A DNA stretch of 64,000 bases. Source: Nitrospirota bacterium (GTDB lineage Bacteria; Nitrospirota; Thermodesulfovibrionia; Thermodesulfovibrionales; BMS3Bbin05). The DNA lies in contig CP070669.1 in assembly GCA_020351835.1 (NCBI GenBank), forward strand, positions 1,286,378 through 1,350,377, given 5' to 3'. Numbering within the stretch: position 1 is the first letter of the stretch; each line of letters begins with the position of its first letter. Both the position numbers and the translations under genes were made by a program. The notes below the pieces were generated by a model. That model was given only the letters and a program-made list of their open reading frames with translations. It was not told the DNA's origin and did no database searches. This document shows positions 20,073 to 31,404 of this stretch, piece after piece.

Positions 20073-22019
20073 TCAGCTCCAAAGTTTTATGAACATCAGC
20101 ACAAATGCCAGGAACAATCCGGCGGCCATGATGGAAGCATATCTGTGCGTAACTCCGGTCTGCAGTTTACGCAGCTGTTCGGAGAACCATCCGATCGCCC
20201 TCGGCACACCGTTAACTATGCCCTCTATTATCTGAGAGTCGGTCAAACCGACCATTATATGCTTTGCCACTCCTTTTGAAGCCCTTACAATAATAACGTC
20301 GTACAGCTCATCAACATAGTACTTGTTCCATAATAACTTGTATATGAACGGATGCTCCTTGGCCAGTCTTCTCGGTATCCCCGGGTCCCTGAGGTAGAAC
20401 CATACGGCTACAAGCCACCCGGTAACGGCTATCGCGATCGACAGTGCCATTACAGCCCATTCCGTCGAGTGTGAGGCATGCACGTCGGGATGGCCCAGCA
20501 CAGGCTCCATGAAATGGGCAAACCAGTTGGAGTGATGAAGTCCGACAACATCACCAAGCAACTGCGGTATACCTATCCAGCCTGATGCGATGGCACCAAC
20601 GCAAAGGATGATAAGCGGAACTGTCATCACCTTAGGCGACTCATGGAGGTGATGCCTCTGCTCCTCAGTCCCGCGGAACTTGCCATGGAACGTAACATAT
20701 ATCAGCCTGAAAGAATAAAATGCAGTTAGCACGGCCGCCACGGCACCCATTCCCCACGCGACCTTACCTACAGAACCCCCGTTGAACGCAAGCCACAGGA
20801 TCTCGTCCTTACTGAAGAAACCCGCAAGCGGTGGAAAACCAGCTATGCTGAAAGAAGCTATAAGCATGGTCCAGTATGTTACAGGCAGATATTTTCTTAA
20901 TCCTCCCATCTTCTGCATATCAAGCTCACCGGCCATTGCGTGCATAACGCTTCCGGCAGCAAGGAAGAGAAGTGCCTTGAAGAACGCGTGCGTGTAGAGA
21001 TGGAAGATACCGGCACTGTATGCGCCGACACCGCATGCTATCATCATGTATCCGAGCTGGCTTACCGTCGAGTAAGCGACCACGCGTTTTATGTCGTTCT
21101 GTACCAGGGCTATCGTTGCAGCAAAGAGTGCCGTAATCCCTCCGACAATAGCAACAACCGCCATAGCAAAAGGAGAGAGATTGAATATTGGGTTAAGCCT
21201 TGCGACCATGAACACTCCCGCGGTAACCATCGTCGCGGCATGAATGAGTGCGCTGACAGGGGTCGGGCCTTCCATAGCGTCCGGCAACCAGACATGCAGT
21301 GGGACCTGTGCCGACTTTCCGACCGCGCCGCAGAACAGCAGCAGAGCTATAACCGTGATAAGGTCTACCTGAGCACCGAATATGTTCAACGTCTTCTCCT
21401 GCAGTCCGCCTATTCCTTCGAATACCGGCAGGTAATGTAAGGTCCCCAGAGTAAGGAAGACGATTATAACGCCCAGGCCGAAACCGAAGTCACCGAATCT
21501 GTTCACTACGAACGCCTTCTTACCGGCATCCGCAGCACTCTTCTTCTCGTAGTAGAAACCGATCAGGAAATACGAACAAAGTCCGACCGCCTCCCAGCCG
21601 AAGTACAGCTGAAGAAGATTGTTCGACATTATCAGCATCAGCATCGAGAACGTGAAGAGGCTCAGGAACGCAAAGAAGCGGTAATAGCCATCCTCACCAT
21701 GCATATAACCTATCGAATACACATGCACAAGGAAACTGACAGTAGTAACGACCACAAGCATTACCGCAGTAAGCTGGTCGATCAGAAAACCGACCGATAC
21801 CCTGAAATCACTTCCCGATGTGATCCACGTATACAGATCGGCGTTTATGGTATTGCCCTTGATAACACCCGCGACCGTAATATAGGCGATGACCATTGAA
21901 CCGAACACAGCCAGTGTCGAGATCCAATGGGACGCGGTCTTCAATATCTTCCTGCCCAGCAGTATGTTGATGAAGAACGCTGCCAGTGGCAAGAACGGTA
22001 TTAAAAGATAATATTCCAT
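20073..22019 (-). CDS. nuoL: NADH-quinone oxidoreductase subunit L
   Basis: 648 aa ND5-like (WLPDAMEGPTPVSALIHAATMV) with a long C-terminal extension. Confidence 0.9.
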   Translation of the reverse strand: MEYYLLIPFLPLAAFFINILLGRKILKTASHWISTLAVFGSMVIAYITVAGVIKGNTINADLYTWITSGSDFRVSVGFLIDQLTAVMLVVVTTVSFLVHVYSIGYMHGEDGYYRFFAFLSLFTFSMLMLIMSNNLLQLYFGWEAVGLCSYFLIGFYYEKKSAADAGKKAFVVNRFGDFGFGLGVIIVFLTLGTLHYLPVFEGIGGLQEKTLNIFGAQVDLITVIALLLFCGAVGKSAQVPLHVWLPDAMEGPTPVSALIHAATMVTAGVFMVARLNPIFNLSPFAMAVVAIVGGITALFAATIALVQNDIKRVVAYSTVSQLGYMMIACGVGAYSAGIFHLYTHAFFKALLFLAAGSVMHAMAGELDMQKMGGLRKYLPVTYWTMLIASFSIAGFPPLAGFFSKDEILWLAFNGGSVGKVAWGMGAVAAVLTAFYSFRLIYVTFHGKFRGTEEQRHHLHESPKVMTVPLIILCVGAIASGWIGIPQLLGDVVGLHHSNWFAHFMEPVLGHPDVHASHSTEWAVMALSIAIAVTGWLVAVWFYLRDPGIPRRLAKEHPFIYKLLWNKYYVDELYDVIIVRASKGVAKHIMVGLTDSQIIEGIVNGVPRAIGWFSEQLRKLQTGVTHRYASIMAAGLFLAFVLMFIKLWS

Positions 22020-22026
22020 AAGTACC

Positions 22027-22329
22027 CTATCCTCTCAACTCGCTCATCTCATCCACATGTACCGTGGGTTTGTTCCTGAAAAGGGCAACTATGATCGCAA
22101 GCCCTATGGCCGCCTCCGCGGCCGCTACCGCGATTATCATGAACACAAGCACCTGTCCACGCAGGTCCTGCATATAGTGACTGAAAGCCACGAGACTTAT
22201 ATTAACACCGTTGAGCATGAGCTCTACCGAGAGGAACATGATGATGATGTTCCTTCTCATAAGGAACCCGAGCATTCCCAGGACAAACACTATCGCGCTC
22301 AATACCAGATACCAGCTTAAAGGTACCAT
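22027..22329 (-). CDS. nuoK: NADH-quinone oxidoreductase subunit K
   Basis: 100 aa, three-TM ND4L-like, in operon position. Confidence 0.9.
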   Translation of the reverse strand: MVPLSWYLVLSAIVFVLGMLGFLMRRNIIIMFLSVELMLNGVNISLVAFSHYMQDLRGQVLVFMIIAVAAAEAAIGLAIIVALFRNKPTVHVDEMSELRG

Positions 22330-22332
22330 ATC

Positions 22333-22857
22333 CTACTGACCCTCCACTTTCTTCTTTTTCTTGGACAGTACAACCGCTCCTACTATTGCTACAAGAAGTA
22401 TCAGAGAGGCTAGCTCGAACGGCAACAGATAATCCGTATAAAGCACCTTTCCGAGAGCTACCGTATGTGTCTCGTCCTCGATGGCCTTTACTCCCCATTT
22501 ACCCATCATACCGACCTTTATCCCAGCCATCGGTATTAACATTAAAAGTCCTATAGAAAGGGCTATCGCAAGACCAACCGGCCATTCACCGACCCTCTGC
22601 TCATCACCTATCTCCTGCTTAAGGTTCAGGAGGAATATAACGAACACATAAAGCACCAGAATGGCCCCCGCATATACTATGATCTGTATAGCCGCAATGA
22701 ACTCTGCATTAAGGAACAGGTACAACGCGGCTACATGAAAGAACATTATCAGCATCCAGAGAACGCTGTGAACGGGATTCTTCCTGGTTACCACCAGCAA
22801 CGAGGTCAGGACTATCACAAATGCAAAGTATCCGAAAAATACCTGGTTAAGTGTCAT
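22333..22857 (-). CDS. nuoJ: NADH-quinone oxidoreductase subunit J
   Basis: 174 aa ND6-like membrane protein, in operon position. Confidence 0.85.
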   Translation of the reverse strand: MTLNQVFFGYFAFVIVLTSLLVVTRKNPVHSVLWMLIMFFHVAALYLFLNAEFIAAIQIIVYAGAILVLYVFVIFLLNLKQEIGDEQRVGEWPVGLAIALSIGLLMLIPMAGIKVGMMGKWGVKAIEDETHTVALGKVLYTDYLLPFELASLILLVAIVGAVVLSKKKKKVEGQ

Positions 22858-23417
22858 TGTTTATCATCCCCGCTCTTCTTTCCGCTGAACACGGCCTGGC
22901 CCTCGTATGATTCAAAGTCGACCGACTTCGGCCTCCAGAACCTTTCAAAATATTCTATTCCTTTCTCACCTGCCATGAACTTATCCCAGTTTGACAACAG
23001 TTTATCCTTCGTCATATAGAAATCGTCCCTGCTGTAGTTCGAATACTCGAAGTGTTCTGTAAGGGCTACAGCTCCGTAAGGACATGCCTCCACGCAAAAG
23101 GCGCAATATACACACCTAAGGACCTCTATCTCGTACCTCTCTACTATCTTCTCATGGTCCGGCCCGTCCACAGTATATATGTTTATACACCTTGATGGAC
23201 ATACAGCAGCACAAAGGCCGCATCCGACGCACTTTGCATCACCCGTTACAGGGTTCCTTACAAGTGCATGAAGCCCTCTGAACCCAGGCATCGAATATCT
23301 CTTCTCTTTAGGGTAGCGACGGGTTATCGGCTTTGAGAAGAACCTGCTCAAAGTAAGTGACAGTCCCTTGACTATCTCCCATAGAAAGATCTTCTTTATA
23401 AGTTCATTGACTGTCAT
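22854..23417 (-). CDS. nuoI: NADH-quinone oxidoreductase subunit I (2x[4Fe-4S])
   Basis: Motifs CVGCGLCAAVCP and CVYCAFCVEACP. The ATG at 23417 overlaps the nuoH stop (ATGA). The ORF-track start at 23483 lies inside nuoH. Confidence 0.9.
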   Translation of the reverse strand: MTVNELIKKIFLWEIVKGLSLTLSRFFSKPITRRYPKEKRYSMPGFRGLHALVRNPVTGDAKCVGCGLCAAVCPSRCINIYTVDGPDHEKIVERYEIEVLRCVYCAFCVEACPYGAVALTEHFEYSNYSRDDFYMTKDKLLSNWDKFMAGEKGIEYFERFWRPKSVDFESYEGQAVFSGKKSGDDKQ

Positions 23418-24457
23418 GCCAGTATCTTTATAACCCCTGTTATAAGAATGTTCAGCAACGCAAGAGGTATAAGAAGTTTCCATCCCAATGCCATTACCTG
23501 GTCATACCTGTACCTCGGAACCGTTGCTCTGATCCAGTAGTAGAAGAAGATACATACGTATAGTTTTGCAAGGAATATAAAAAGTCCTATAAAAGGAACG
23601 CTCTCCACAAATGGGACTATCTTTACTATGAAAGGCGGCAGCGTCCAGCCCCCGAGAAAGCACACGACCGCCATACATGCCATGACTATCATTCCCACAT
23701 ATTCACCAAGGAAGAAAAGTGCGAACCTTATACCGCTATATTCCGTAAAATATCCGGCGACCAGCTCATTCTCTGCCTCGGGCATATCAAATGGCGTTCT
23801 GTTCGTCTCCGCAAGAGCGGACACAACGAACACAAAGAACGCTATGATCTGAGGCACGACATACATGCCGGTAGGGTAAGCCGCCTGGGCTTTTACTATG
23901 TCCTGCAGGTTAAGTGAGCCGGCCATGATCATGACACCCACAAGGCTCAGCCCCATAGCAACCTCGTAGCTTATTACCTGGGCAGATGCCCTGAGGCCTC
24001 CGAGGAACGGATATTTCGAGTTCGATGACCATCCCGCAAGTACGATACCGTAAGCCCCGATCGATGACATGGCAAGGATGAAGAGCAGACCGATATTGAT
24101 ATTAGCAACGACAAAACCGTCAAAGAAAGGTATCACTGACAATGAAACGAGCGTTGACATCATTATTATGACCGGTGACACGTAGAAAACGGGCTTGTCA
24201 GCGTTAGCCGGAATAATGTCCTCTTTGAAGAACAGCTTAACGCCATCAGCTATCGGCTGAAGAAGACCATGGAACCCGACTTCCATCGGCCCCATCCTTA
24301 CCTGCATGCGACCTATTGATTTTCTTTCAGCCCACGTCGCGTACATGACATGAAGCATTGCGACACCGACAACAACCGCTATCTTAATTATGATAATGAC
24401 TATATCCAGGAACATATCGAAAAAACCCTCAGACATTATGAACTCGAATATCTTCAT
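23414..24457 (-). CDS. nuoH: NADH-quinone oxidoreductase subunit H
   Basis: 347 aa ND1-like (AERKSIGRMQVRMGP, EAENELVAGYFTEYSG). Confidence 0.9.
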   Translation of the reverse strand: MKIFEFIMSEGFFDMFLDIVIIIIKIAVVVGVAMLHVMYATWAERKSIGRMQVRMGPMEVGFHGLLQPIADGVKLFFKEDIIPANADKPVFYVSPVIIMMSTLVSLSVIPFFDGFVVANINIGLLFILAMSSIGAYGIVLAGWSSNSKYPFLGGLRASAQVISYEVAMGLSLVGVMIMAGSLNLQDIVKAQAAYPTGMYVVPQIIAFFVFVVSALAETNRTPFDMPEAENELVAGYFTEYSGIRFALFFLGEYVGMIVMACMAVVCFLGGWTLPPFIVKIVPFVESVPFIGLFIFLAKLYVCIFFYYWIRATVPRYRYDQVMALGWKLLIPLALLNILITGVIKILA

Positions 24458-27031
24458 CTATGCCTTCTCCACCTTTAATCCTGATGTCCTCTGAACGTTT
24501 ATTGCTGAACTGTCATCCGGTTCGTAGTCTATCAGGGACATCACGCATACGCCCTCAAAAACGTTCGGCACTCTCAGAGAGCCGTCCCTGATCTCATCAT
24601 TGATCATTGATACGAGTTCCAGTGAAGAATTCCCCGATGTTATCCTTACCTTGTCCCCGTCCTTTACTCCTATCCTGCCGGCAAGGTCAGAATGCATCAT
24701 AGCATATGGCTCTGACTGGATGCTGTTAAGTGCAGCAGAATATCTACTGAAAGATCCTGAATGGAACAGTGACCTGTCCGCATATACGACCACCTCAGGT
24801 GCCGTACCGTGGTCCTCTGGGACCTCAACGGCTGCCTCTCCGCTTCTAAGCGGTTCTCCCTTGTATGGCCAAAGGGCCTTATCGCTCTCAAGGTCTTCAT
24901 AGCTCAGAGAGCCGTAAAGGTGAGACGCCTTGCATATCTCTTCCCATATCTCTTTAGCAGAACCAAAGCTCATCTTGCTTCCCATCAGTCCTGCGATCTT
25001 TACTATTATCTTCCAGTCCTCAAGTCCTCCTACTGAGTTCTTTGCCTTATGAAGCCTTTGTATCCGCCTCTCCAGGTTAACGAACGTTCCATCCTTCTCG
25101 GACCAAATAGCGGCCGGAAGCACAACGTCAGCCATTTGAGCGGTCTCTGTCATAAATGCATCCTGGACGACAAGGAACTCAAGCGCTTTGAAGGCATTCC
25201 TAACTCTATGGGACGACGGCATATTAAAGACGGGATTATCTCCCATTACGTATGCTGCCTTGATGGATCCCTTTTCCATCGCCTCGACCATCTCGAACAG
25301 CCCCATTCCAGCTTTCTCAGGTACCGCATATCCCATTTCCTGTTCGTACTTTTCACGAAAGCTGCTAAGTTCAACAGGTCTCCCGCCGGCAAGCGTATCC
25401 GGAAGGCATCCCACGTCCGCTAAGCCCTGCTCGTTCGGCCTTTCGCTCAGCAGGTATACTCTTGCATCAGTAAGATAGATCATCGATGCCATAAGGAACA
25501 GTCCCCTCATCCCGTCACGTAACAGAACGTCAGGGCCCAAAACTATCGAAACGTTCTTAGCGCTCTTAAGCTCATCAACAGCCTTGCCTATATCGGCCAC
25601 ACTCACTCCCGTTCGGCTTTCAACGTCTTTATCCTTAGGAGCATCCAGTTTCTGCAGTGCTTCATCAAGTGCCTTGTTCTTACCTGGGACATCCGACCCT
25701 TCCATGAGCATCCTGACGACCGCCCCGTAAAGAATGTTCTCACTTCCCGCGGAAGATATCAGCTGGCTCGATCCGAACCTCTTTAATCCTTCGCTGTCGC
25801 TCAGAGAGATTACCCTGGCCCCTTTTCTTGCCGCTGCCCGTATCTGCAGTCCCAGGACCGGATTGATCTTCGTAGGGTCACCTCCGGCTATCACTACCGC
25901 ATCAGAGTTCCCTATACCGCTTATCAGGTTAGCGGTCACTCCCTGCCCGAAGATGCCCTCCAGATAGTTCTGCGCAGGTATATAGAAGCTACGGGCTATC
26001 GAATCTATATTATTGCTGAGAAGTGTCTCTCTGAAGAACCTCTGAAAGACATAGTTTGCCTCGTTAGTGCACCTTGCAGAAGCGATGCCGGCGATCAGAC
26101 CGCCGCCGTTCATTCCCTTTATGTCACCCAGCTTTTCGGCCACCGTGCCCAGCGCCTCGTCCCAGCTAACGGGTACAAGTTTTCCGTTCTTTCTGACAAG
26201 GGGGGCGGTAAGCCTCTTGCTGCTCTCAACTAGGTCATACCCAAACCTTCCTTTCGCGCAAAGAAGGCCCTTATTGATACCCAAGTCCATTCTTGGAATG
26301 GTCCTCAGTATTGTATTCTCTCTCATCTGCAATACCATCGAGCATCCCACGCCACAGAAGCCACAAAGGGACTCTATCTCTTTCTCTACGAACCATGGCC
26401 TGTAACTGTGTCTGTGTAACCGGGACATTATCGCACCGACAGGGCATACGGTCAGGCAGTTGCCGCAGTACTCGCAATCATATCTTCCACCCGAGAACGG
26501 TTCAATAAAAGAATGGCTTCCTCTCCCCGTAACCGTGATAGCAGAATCCCCCTGAACCCCTTCGCACATCCTTACACAGCGTTTGCAGTTCACGCACCGC
26601 TCCATGTTCCTGACAATTATCGGATCATCAAAGCTCTCGGGATGCTGCCTCTTGCCTTCTGCGAAGCGGCCCGAATCCGGGCCGTAAAGAGCAACGAGGT
26701 CCTGCAGATCACACTCACCCGCTTTATCGCAGTACGGGCAATCCAGAGGATGGTTTATAAGAAGGAACTCCAGCATGGCTCTTCGTGCCTTCACTATAGT
26801 ATCGGTCTCGGTCCTTACTACCATACCGTCGGTCACCATCACAGTGCATGCCGTCTGAAGCTTCGGCAATTTCTCAACTTCGACGAGGCATAGCCTGCAG
26901 CCTCCGAACTTTTCGAGGCCTTCGAAGTAGCAAAGGGTCGGTATCGTGATCCCTCCCTGCCTTGCTGCCTCAAGGATGGTTACCGGCTTTTCCAGCTCGA
27001 TGTCCTTTTCATTTATCGTTACTGTTATCAT
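24458..27031 (-). CDS. nuoG: NADH-quinone oxidoreductase subunit G (long form with MopB-like domain)
   Basis: 857 aa. N-terminal 2Fe-2S, HPLDCPYCDKAGEC, CVNCKRCVRMC, CEYCGNCLTVCP, then a molybdopterin-oxidoreductase-like domain that has no Cys/Sec-His at the ARSFY position. Confidence 0.9.
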   Translation of the reverse strand: MITVTINEKDIELEKPVTILEAARQGGITIPTLCYFEGLEKFGGCRLCLVEVEKLPKLQTACTVMVTDGMVVRTETDTIVKARRAMLEFLLINHPLDCPYCDKAGECDLQDLVALYGPDSGRFAEGKRQHPESFDDPIIVRNMERCVNCKRCVRMCEGVQGDSAITVTGRGSHSFIEPFSGGRYDCEYCGNCLTVCPVGAIMSRLHRHSYRPWFVEKEIESLCGFCGVGCSMVLQMRENTILRTIPRMDLGINKGLLCAKGRFGYDLVESSKRLTAPLVRKNGKLVPVSWDEALGTVAEKLGDIKGMNGGGLIAGIASARCTNEANYVFQRFFRETLLSNNIDSIARSFYIPAQNYLEGIFGQGVTANLISGIGNSDAVVIAGGDPTKINPVLGLQIRAAARKGARVISLSDSEGLKRFGSSQLISSAGSENILYGAVVRMLMEGSDVPGKNKALDEALQKLDAPKDKDVESRTGVSVADIGKAVDELKSAKNVSIVLGPDVLLRDGMRGLFLMASMIYLTDARVYLLSERPNEQGLADVGCLPDTLAGGRPVELSSFREKYEQEMGYAVPEKAGMGLFEMVEAMEKGSIKAAYVMGDNPVFNMPSSHRVRNAFKALEFLVVQDAFMTETAQMADVVLPAAIWSEKDGTFVNLERRIQRLHKAKNSVGGLEDWKIIVKIAGLMGSKMSFGSAKEIWEEICKASHLYGSLSYEDLESDKALWPYKGEPLRSGEAAVEVPEDHGTAPEVVVYADRSLFHSGSFSRYSAALNSIQSEPYAMMHSDLAGRIGVKDGDKVRITSGNSSLELVSMINDEIRDGSLRVPNVFEGVCVMSLIDYEPDDSSAINVQRTSGLKVEKA

Positions 27032-27045
27032 TTACTTTATATACG

Positions 27046-28305
27046 TCAGTTCACACTACACTTTTTATTCTCTATATGTTCATCAAACTCGTCACTGAAA
27101 TGCTTTATAAAGCTCAGTACCATTCCGGCTGCACCGTCTCCAAGCGGACAGAAGGTCTTACCGGATATATTTGAGGCAACCTCCAGGATAAGCTCAACAT
27201 CACCTCTCCTGCCGAGTCCGTTCTCTATTCTCTCCAGTATGTTCCTCAACCAACCTGTTCCCTCCCTGCATGGGGTACATTTGCCGCACGATTCATGCTC
27301 AAAGAAGTACATAGCCCTCGCGGCAACCTTTACCAGGCACACCGATTCGTCGAACACCATCACTGCACCGGACCCCAGCATACTGCCGCACTTCGGAAGG
27401 CTGACAAAATCCATCTGGCAGTCTATCTTGTCCGGCGGGAGTATAGGAGTAGAAATTCCTCCAGGAATAACAGCCTTAAGGTTCCCTCCGTTCTTGATCC
27501 CTCCGCAGTGATCATAGATTATATCTTTCAGTGATGTACCCATCGGCAGCTCATATACTCCGGGCTTGTTAACAAACCCACTAACACTGTACAGTTTGGG
27601 GCCCGGACAATCAGGGTTCCCTATCTTCGAATATGCATCAGCTCCTATTTCTATGATCAAAGGCAGGTTCGACAGTGTCTCAACGTTGTTCACTATCGTA
27701 GGCTTACCCCAAGCCCCTACGTTGACAGGAAAGGGCGGTTTCAATCTTGGCTGCCCTCTTTTTCCTTCTATAGATTCTATTAAGGCGGTCTCCTCACCGC
27801 AGATGTACGCGCCTGCTCCGCGATGGACCGCGAGGTCAAAGTTTGTTTTGCTTCCCATTATCCCTTCGCCTAATATTCCATCTTCATATGCCTGATCGAT
27901 CGCGTCCTCGAGGATCTTCTTTGCGGCAGGATACTCTGCCCTGAGGTATATATAACCCTGCTCTGCCTGAAGAGCATGTGCGGATATCGCCATCCCCTCG
28001 ATCAACAGATGAGGGTCCTTCTCAAGTATAGGCCTGTCCTTGAACGTCCCGGGCTCACCTTCGTCGGCATTGCAAAGAAGGTACTTGGGGAAGTTCTTGT
28101 CACGCGAAGCAAAATCCCATTTCATACCTGTAGGGAACCCTGCTCCCCCCCTTCCTCTCAGGCCGGCCCTCTTTACTTCGTCTATTATGTCCTCGGGTTT
28201 CATCTTCAGGGCCTTCTTAAGGCTCTTATATCCTCCGGACTTCTTATAGACGCTTATATCAGCGGAGCCAGGTGTATTTATGTTCTTCAGTAAGAAAGTA
28301 TCCAT
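27046..28305 (-). CDS. nuoF: NADH-quinone oxidoreductase subunit F
   Basis: 419 aa with GLRGRGGAGFPTGMKW and ESCGKCTPCREG. Confidence 0.92.
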   Translation of the reverse strand: MDTFLLKNINTPGSADISVYKKSGGYKSLKKALKMKPEDIIDEVKRAGLRGRGGAGFPTGMKWDFASRDKNFPKYLLCNADEGEPGTFKDRPILEKDPHLLIEGMAISAHALQAEQGYIYLRAEYPAAKKILEDAIDQAYEDGILGEGIMGSKTNFDLAVHRGAGAYICGEETALIESIEGKRGQPRLKPPFPVNVGAWGKPTIVNNVETLSNLPLIIEIGADAYSKIGNPDCPGPKLYSVSGFVNKPGVYELPMGTSLKDIIYDHCGGIKNGGNLKAVIPGGISTPILPPDKIDCQMDFVSLPKCGSMLGSGAVMVFDESVCLVKVAARAMYFFEHESCGKCTPCREGTGWLRNILERIENGLGRRGDVELILEVASNISGKTFCPLGDGAAGMVLSFIKHFSDEFDEHIENKKCSVN

Positions 28306-28306
28306 A

Positions 28307-28759
28307 TTATTTATAACCGTTCAGTATCTCGATGATGTTCTTCTCATCAAGGTTCTCATGAAAGTCATCGTTAACAAGCATGGCAGGCGCGGTACCGCAG
28401 GCACCGATACATTCCATTATCACAAGTGTGAACCTTTTATCATCGGTAGTTCCACCGGGCTCAAGACCATATTCTTTCTTAAGAAGGTCAACCAGTGACT
28501 CAGCCCCCATTATCATGCAGGCGACGTTCGTGCATATCTGTATCACGTTACGACCCATCGGCTCGTTATGATACATATGGTAGAAGGTCGCCACACCCTT
28601 AACAGCTGCCGCGGGGACATTGAGGTCGTCCGAGACAGCCTTTAATCCATCCTGAGACAGCCAGCCCTCATCATATTGCTTTGTATGCAGGGCGCCTAAG
28701 AGTTCCGATCTTGTGCTGGGATATCCCTCTTTACGTACCTTCCTGCTCATCTGTCGCAT
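28307..28759 (-). CDS. nuoE: NADH-quinone oxidoreductase subunit E
   Basis: 150 aa thioredoxin-like 2Fe-2S protein (CTNVAC...CIGACGTAP). Confidence 0.9.
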   Translation of the reverse strand: MRQMSRKVRKEGYPSTRSELLGALHTKQYDEGWLSQDGLKAVSDDLNVPAAAVKGVATFYHMYHNEPMGRNVIQICTNVACMIMGAESLVDLLKKEYGLEPGGTTDDKRFTLVIMECIGACGTAPAMLVNDDFHENLDEKNIIEILNGYK

Positions 28760-29943
28760 TCTCCAAGTACGATATCGATGGTACCGATGTTCGCTATCAC
28801 GTCAGCCAGCATGTGACCAACGGAAAGCCTCGGAAGAACTGATGCATGAACAAATGAAGGTGCCCTTACCCTCATTCTATAGGGCCTTCCGCTTCCGTCG
28901 CTTACGATATAGAAACCCAGTTCCCCCTTCGGTACCTCTGTCGCTACATATATTTCACCCTCGGGAGCGGCCATTTGCCCCTTGGTTATAAGTACAAAAT
29001 GATGTATCAATGATTCCATGTCAGAAAGTACCCTGTCCTTGGCGGGTAATGTGAACTTTGGAGCATCAGGGGCCATTATGGGTCCTTTGGGCATCTGCTC
29101 AATACATTGCTTGATTATCCTGTTCGCCTGCCTTAGCTCTATCATCCTGCAGCGGTACCTGTCATACACATCTCCCTTCTCACCGAGAGGGACTATGAAA
29201 TCGACCTTGTCATACGCATCATACGGGAACCGCTTTCTTATATCGTAATCAACACCGGAACCTCTCAGCGTAGCGCCGGAGAGTCCCCAGTTGATAGCCT
29301 CCTCAGCCGATATTACACCTATACCCTTCGTCCTTTTTAGCCATATCCTGTTCTTATCTATAAGTGTCTCGTATTCGTCCATCCTAGAATCGAACTCCTC
29401 GGTGAACTTATAAAGGCTGTCCAGGAAGTGCTGCGAAACATCGTTCCTTACCCCGCCTATCCTTGGGTAGCTTACCGTGAGCCTTGCACCGCAAAGTTCC
29501 TCGAACAGGTCCAGAAGCCACTCCCTCTCCCTGAAGCTGTAAAGGAACACCGTCATCGCTCCTATATCAAGGGCGTGCGTAGCGACCCAAATGATATGAC
29601 TGCTTATCCTCGTCATTTCAGATACGATCGTACGTATATACTTCGCCCTTTCAGGGGCCTCTATACCGAAGAGTTTCTCCACGGCAACGCAGTAACCAAC
29701 GTTGTTCGACATGGACGATATATAGTCCATCCTGTCCGTCAGGGGGATCGTAGAGTGATAGGTCATCGTTTCAGACAGTTTCTCTATTCCCCTGTGGAGG
29801 TAACCGACATAAGGCGTACATTTCTTTATCGTCTCACCGTCAAGCTCCAGCACCAGCCTCAGAACGCCATGCGTCGAAGGGTGCTGAGGCCCCATGCTCA
29901 GTACAAGTTCTTTAGTGTCGAGACTGTTCTTTATCTCTTCCAT
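28747..29943 (-). CDS. nuoD: NADH-quinone oxidoreductase subunit D
   Basis: 398 aa 49-kDa-like subunit ([14 protein letters not shown]). Confidence 0.92.
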   Translation of the reverse strand: MEEIKNSLDTKELVLSMGPQHPSTHGVLRLVLELDGETIKKCTPYVGYLHRGIEKLSETMTYHSTIPLTDRMDYISSMSNNVGYCVAVEKLFGIEAPERAKYIRTIVSEMTRISSHIIWVATHALDIGAMTVFLYSFREREWLLDLFEELCGARLTVSYPRIGGVRNDVSQHFLDSLYKFTEEFDSRMDEYETLIDKNRIWLKRTKGIGVISAEEAINWGLSGATLRGSGVDYDIRKRFPYDAYDKVDFIVPLGEKGDVYDRYRCRMIELRQANRIIKQCIEQMPKGPIMAPDAPKFTLPAKDRVLSDMESLIHHFVLITKGQMAAPEGEIYVATEVPKGELGFYIVSDGSGRPYRMRVRAPSFVHASVLPRLSVGHMLADVIANIGTIDIVLGECDR

Positions 29944-30470
29944 TCGTACTTTTTGAACTCCTTGGATTTTTCAAGTACTTCCCTGAAACCCGGCCACTCC
30001 AGTTCATCGCTCGGGCCCTTTGCAGGGTAGTCCTTTCTTAGCGGATGTCCTTCCCAGTCCTCGGGCATAAGTATCCTTCGAAGGTCCGGATGCCCCTTGA
30101 ACTCTATGCCGAACATGTCGTAGCACTCTCTTTCATGCCAGTCGGCACCTATCCATACCGGCACAACAGAGTCTACCGCACAATCATCCTCGCTCACCGC
30201 CACCTTTATGCGTATCATATGTCTATGCTCCATCGAGTAGAGATGATAAACGACGGCAAAGCGGGAGTCCTTCTTTCCAAGGTTGTCAAGACCGCATAGG
30301 TCGCTCAGGTAATCGAATGAAAGCGAGGGATCATCATGGAGGAACCTGAAGATATCCAGTGCCTTTTCCTTTTTGATCGTGACCGATACCTGCCCCCTGA
30401 ACTCAGAGGTATCGATTATCTCATCGGGATATTTTTCCCGCAGTATTTCTGCTACCTGAAGGGGCTCCAT
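29931..30470 (-). CDS. nuoC: NADH-quinone oxidoreductase subunit C
   Basis: 179 aa 30-kDa-like subunit ([26 protein letters not shown]). Confidence 0.9.
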   Translation of the reverse strand: MEPLQVAEILREKYPDEIIDTSEFRGQVSVTIKKEKALDIFRFLHDDPSLSFDYLSDLCGLDNLGKKDSRFAVVYHLYSMEHRHMIRIKVAVSEDDCAVDSVVPVWIGADWHERECYDMFGIEFKGHPDLRRILMPEDWEGHPLRKDYPAKGPSDELEWPGFREVLEKSKEFKKYEWKR

Positions 30471-30973
30471 CTAATGCGCTCCTTTTTGATTTTTTCCTGC
30501 AGTTTAACTATACCGTTCATGAGTGCTTCAGGCCTCGGAGGGCAGCCCGGTACATAGACATCTACCGGCAAAAAGGAATCAACACCCTCAACAACGCTGT
30601 AAGACCTGAATATACCTCCCGAGCATGCACAGCTGCCCATCGATATCACATATCTGGGTTCCGGCATTTGATCGTAAACCTTCCGTACTATAGGAGCCAT
30701 CTTTTTTGTTACGGTTCCGGCAACTATCATGAAGTCGGCCTGCCTCGGAGACGCCCTGAATATTATCCCGAGACGGTCAAGATCATAGTGGCTGGATCCC
30801 GTCGTCATCATCTCGATTGCACAACACGCGAGCCCAAAGGTCATGGGCCATAAAGATGAGGACCTTCCCCAATTTATCAGCTTATCGAGCGTGGTGATCA
30901 ATGTATTTGCACCCGGTATTATCCTGATGCCTTCTTCTATCTCTACCAGCTCTTTTTGTGTGTCAACGGTCAT
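30452..30973 (-). CDS. nuoB: NADH-quinone oxidoreductase subunit B
   Basis: 173 aa PSST-like subunit ([25 protein letters not shown]). Confidence 0.92.
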   Translation of the reverse strand: MTVDTQKELVEIEEGIRIIPGANTLITTLDKLINWGRSSSLWPMTFGLACCAIEMMTTGSSHYDLDRLGIIFRASPRQADFMIVAGTVTKKMAPIVRKVYDQMPEPRYVISMGSCACSGGIFRSYSVVEGVDSFLPVDVYVPGCPPRPEALMNGIVKLQEKIKKERIRWSPFR

Positions 30974-30994
30974 AAGATATCCTTGTGTATCAGA

Positions 30995-31366
30995 TCATTC
31001 CCACCTGAACGCGTCTTTCCTCCATGCATAGACGTAGCCAACAAGCAGGATGACGATGAAGATCATCATTTCTATGAACGCATAAAGCCCTATCTTATCG
31101 AAAACTATTGCCCATGGATAAAGAAATATAGCCTCAACATCGAATACAACGAAAAGCATTGCTACAACAAAGAACTTTATTGAGAACCTTATCCTCGGTT
31201 CGCCTACAGGCGGTATCCCTGATTCATAAGGCGAAAGCTTTTCCGGATACGGTCTGCGCGGTCTGAAAAGCATTCCGACAAGGAGAGTGCCTATACCTAT
31301 TGCAAATGCTATTACCAGAAAGAACAGGATCGGAAGATAGCTTTCTGGCATATAAGTACCCGGCAT
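30995..31366 (-). CDS. nuoA: NADH-quinone oxidoreductase subunit A
   Basis: 123 aa ND3-like subunit (YESGIPP, FDVEAIFLYPWA). A second in-frame ATG lies 5 codons downstream. Confidence 0.9.
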   Translation of the reverse strand: MPGTYMPESYLPILFFLVIAFAIGIGTLLVGMLFRPRRPYPEKLSPYESGIPPVGEPRIRFSIKFFVVAMLFVVFDVEAIFLYPWAIVFDKIGLYAFIEMMIFIVILLVGYVYAWRKDAFRWE

Positions 31367-31374
31367 ACCTGTAA

Positions 31375-31404
31375 CTTATACACTAAATATTTTCTCTTTG
31401 TCAA
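31375..31404 (-). promoter_or_regulatory. Candidate sigma-70 promoter of the nuo operon (TTGACA-18 nt-TATAAG)
   Basis: The minus strand reads TTGACA (31404-31399), an 18-nt spacer, then TATAAG (31380-31375). The -10 ends only 8 nt before the first nuoA ATG. Confidence 0.4.
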
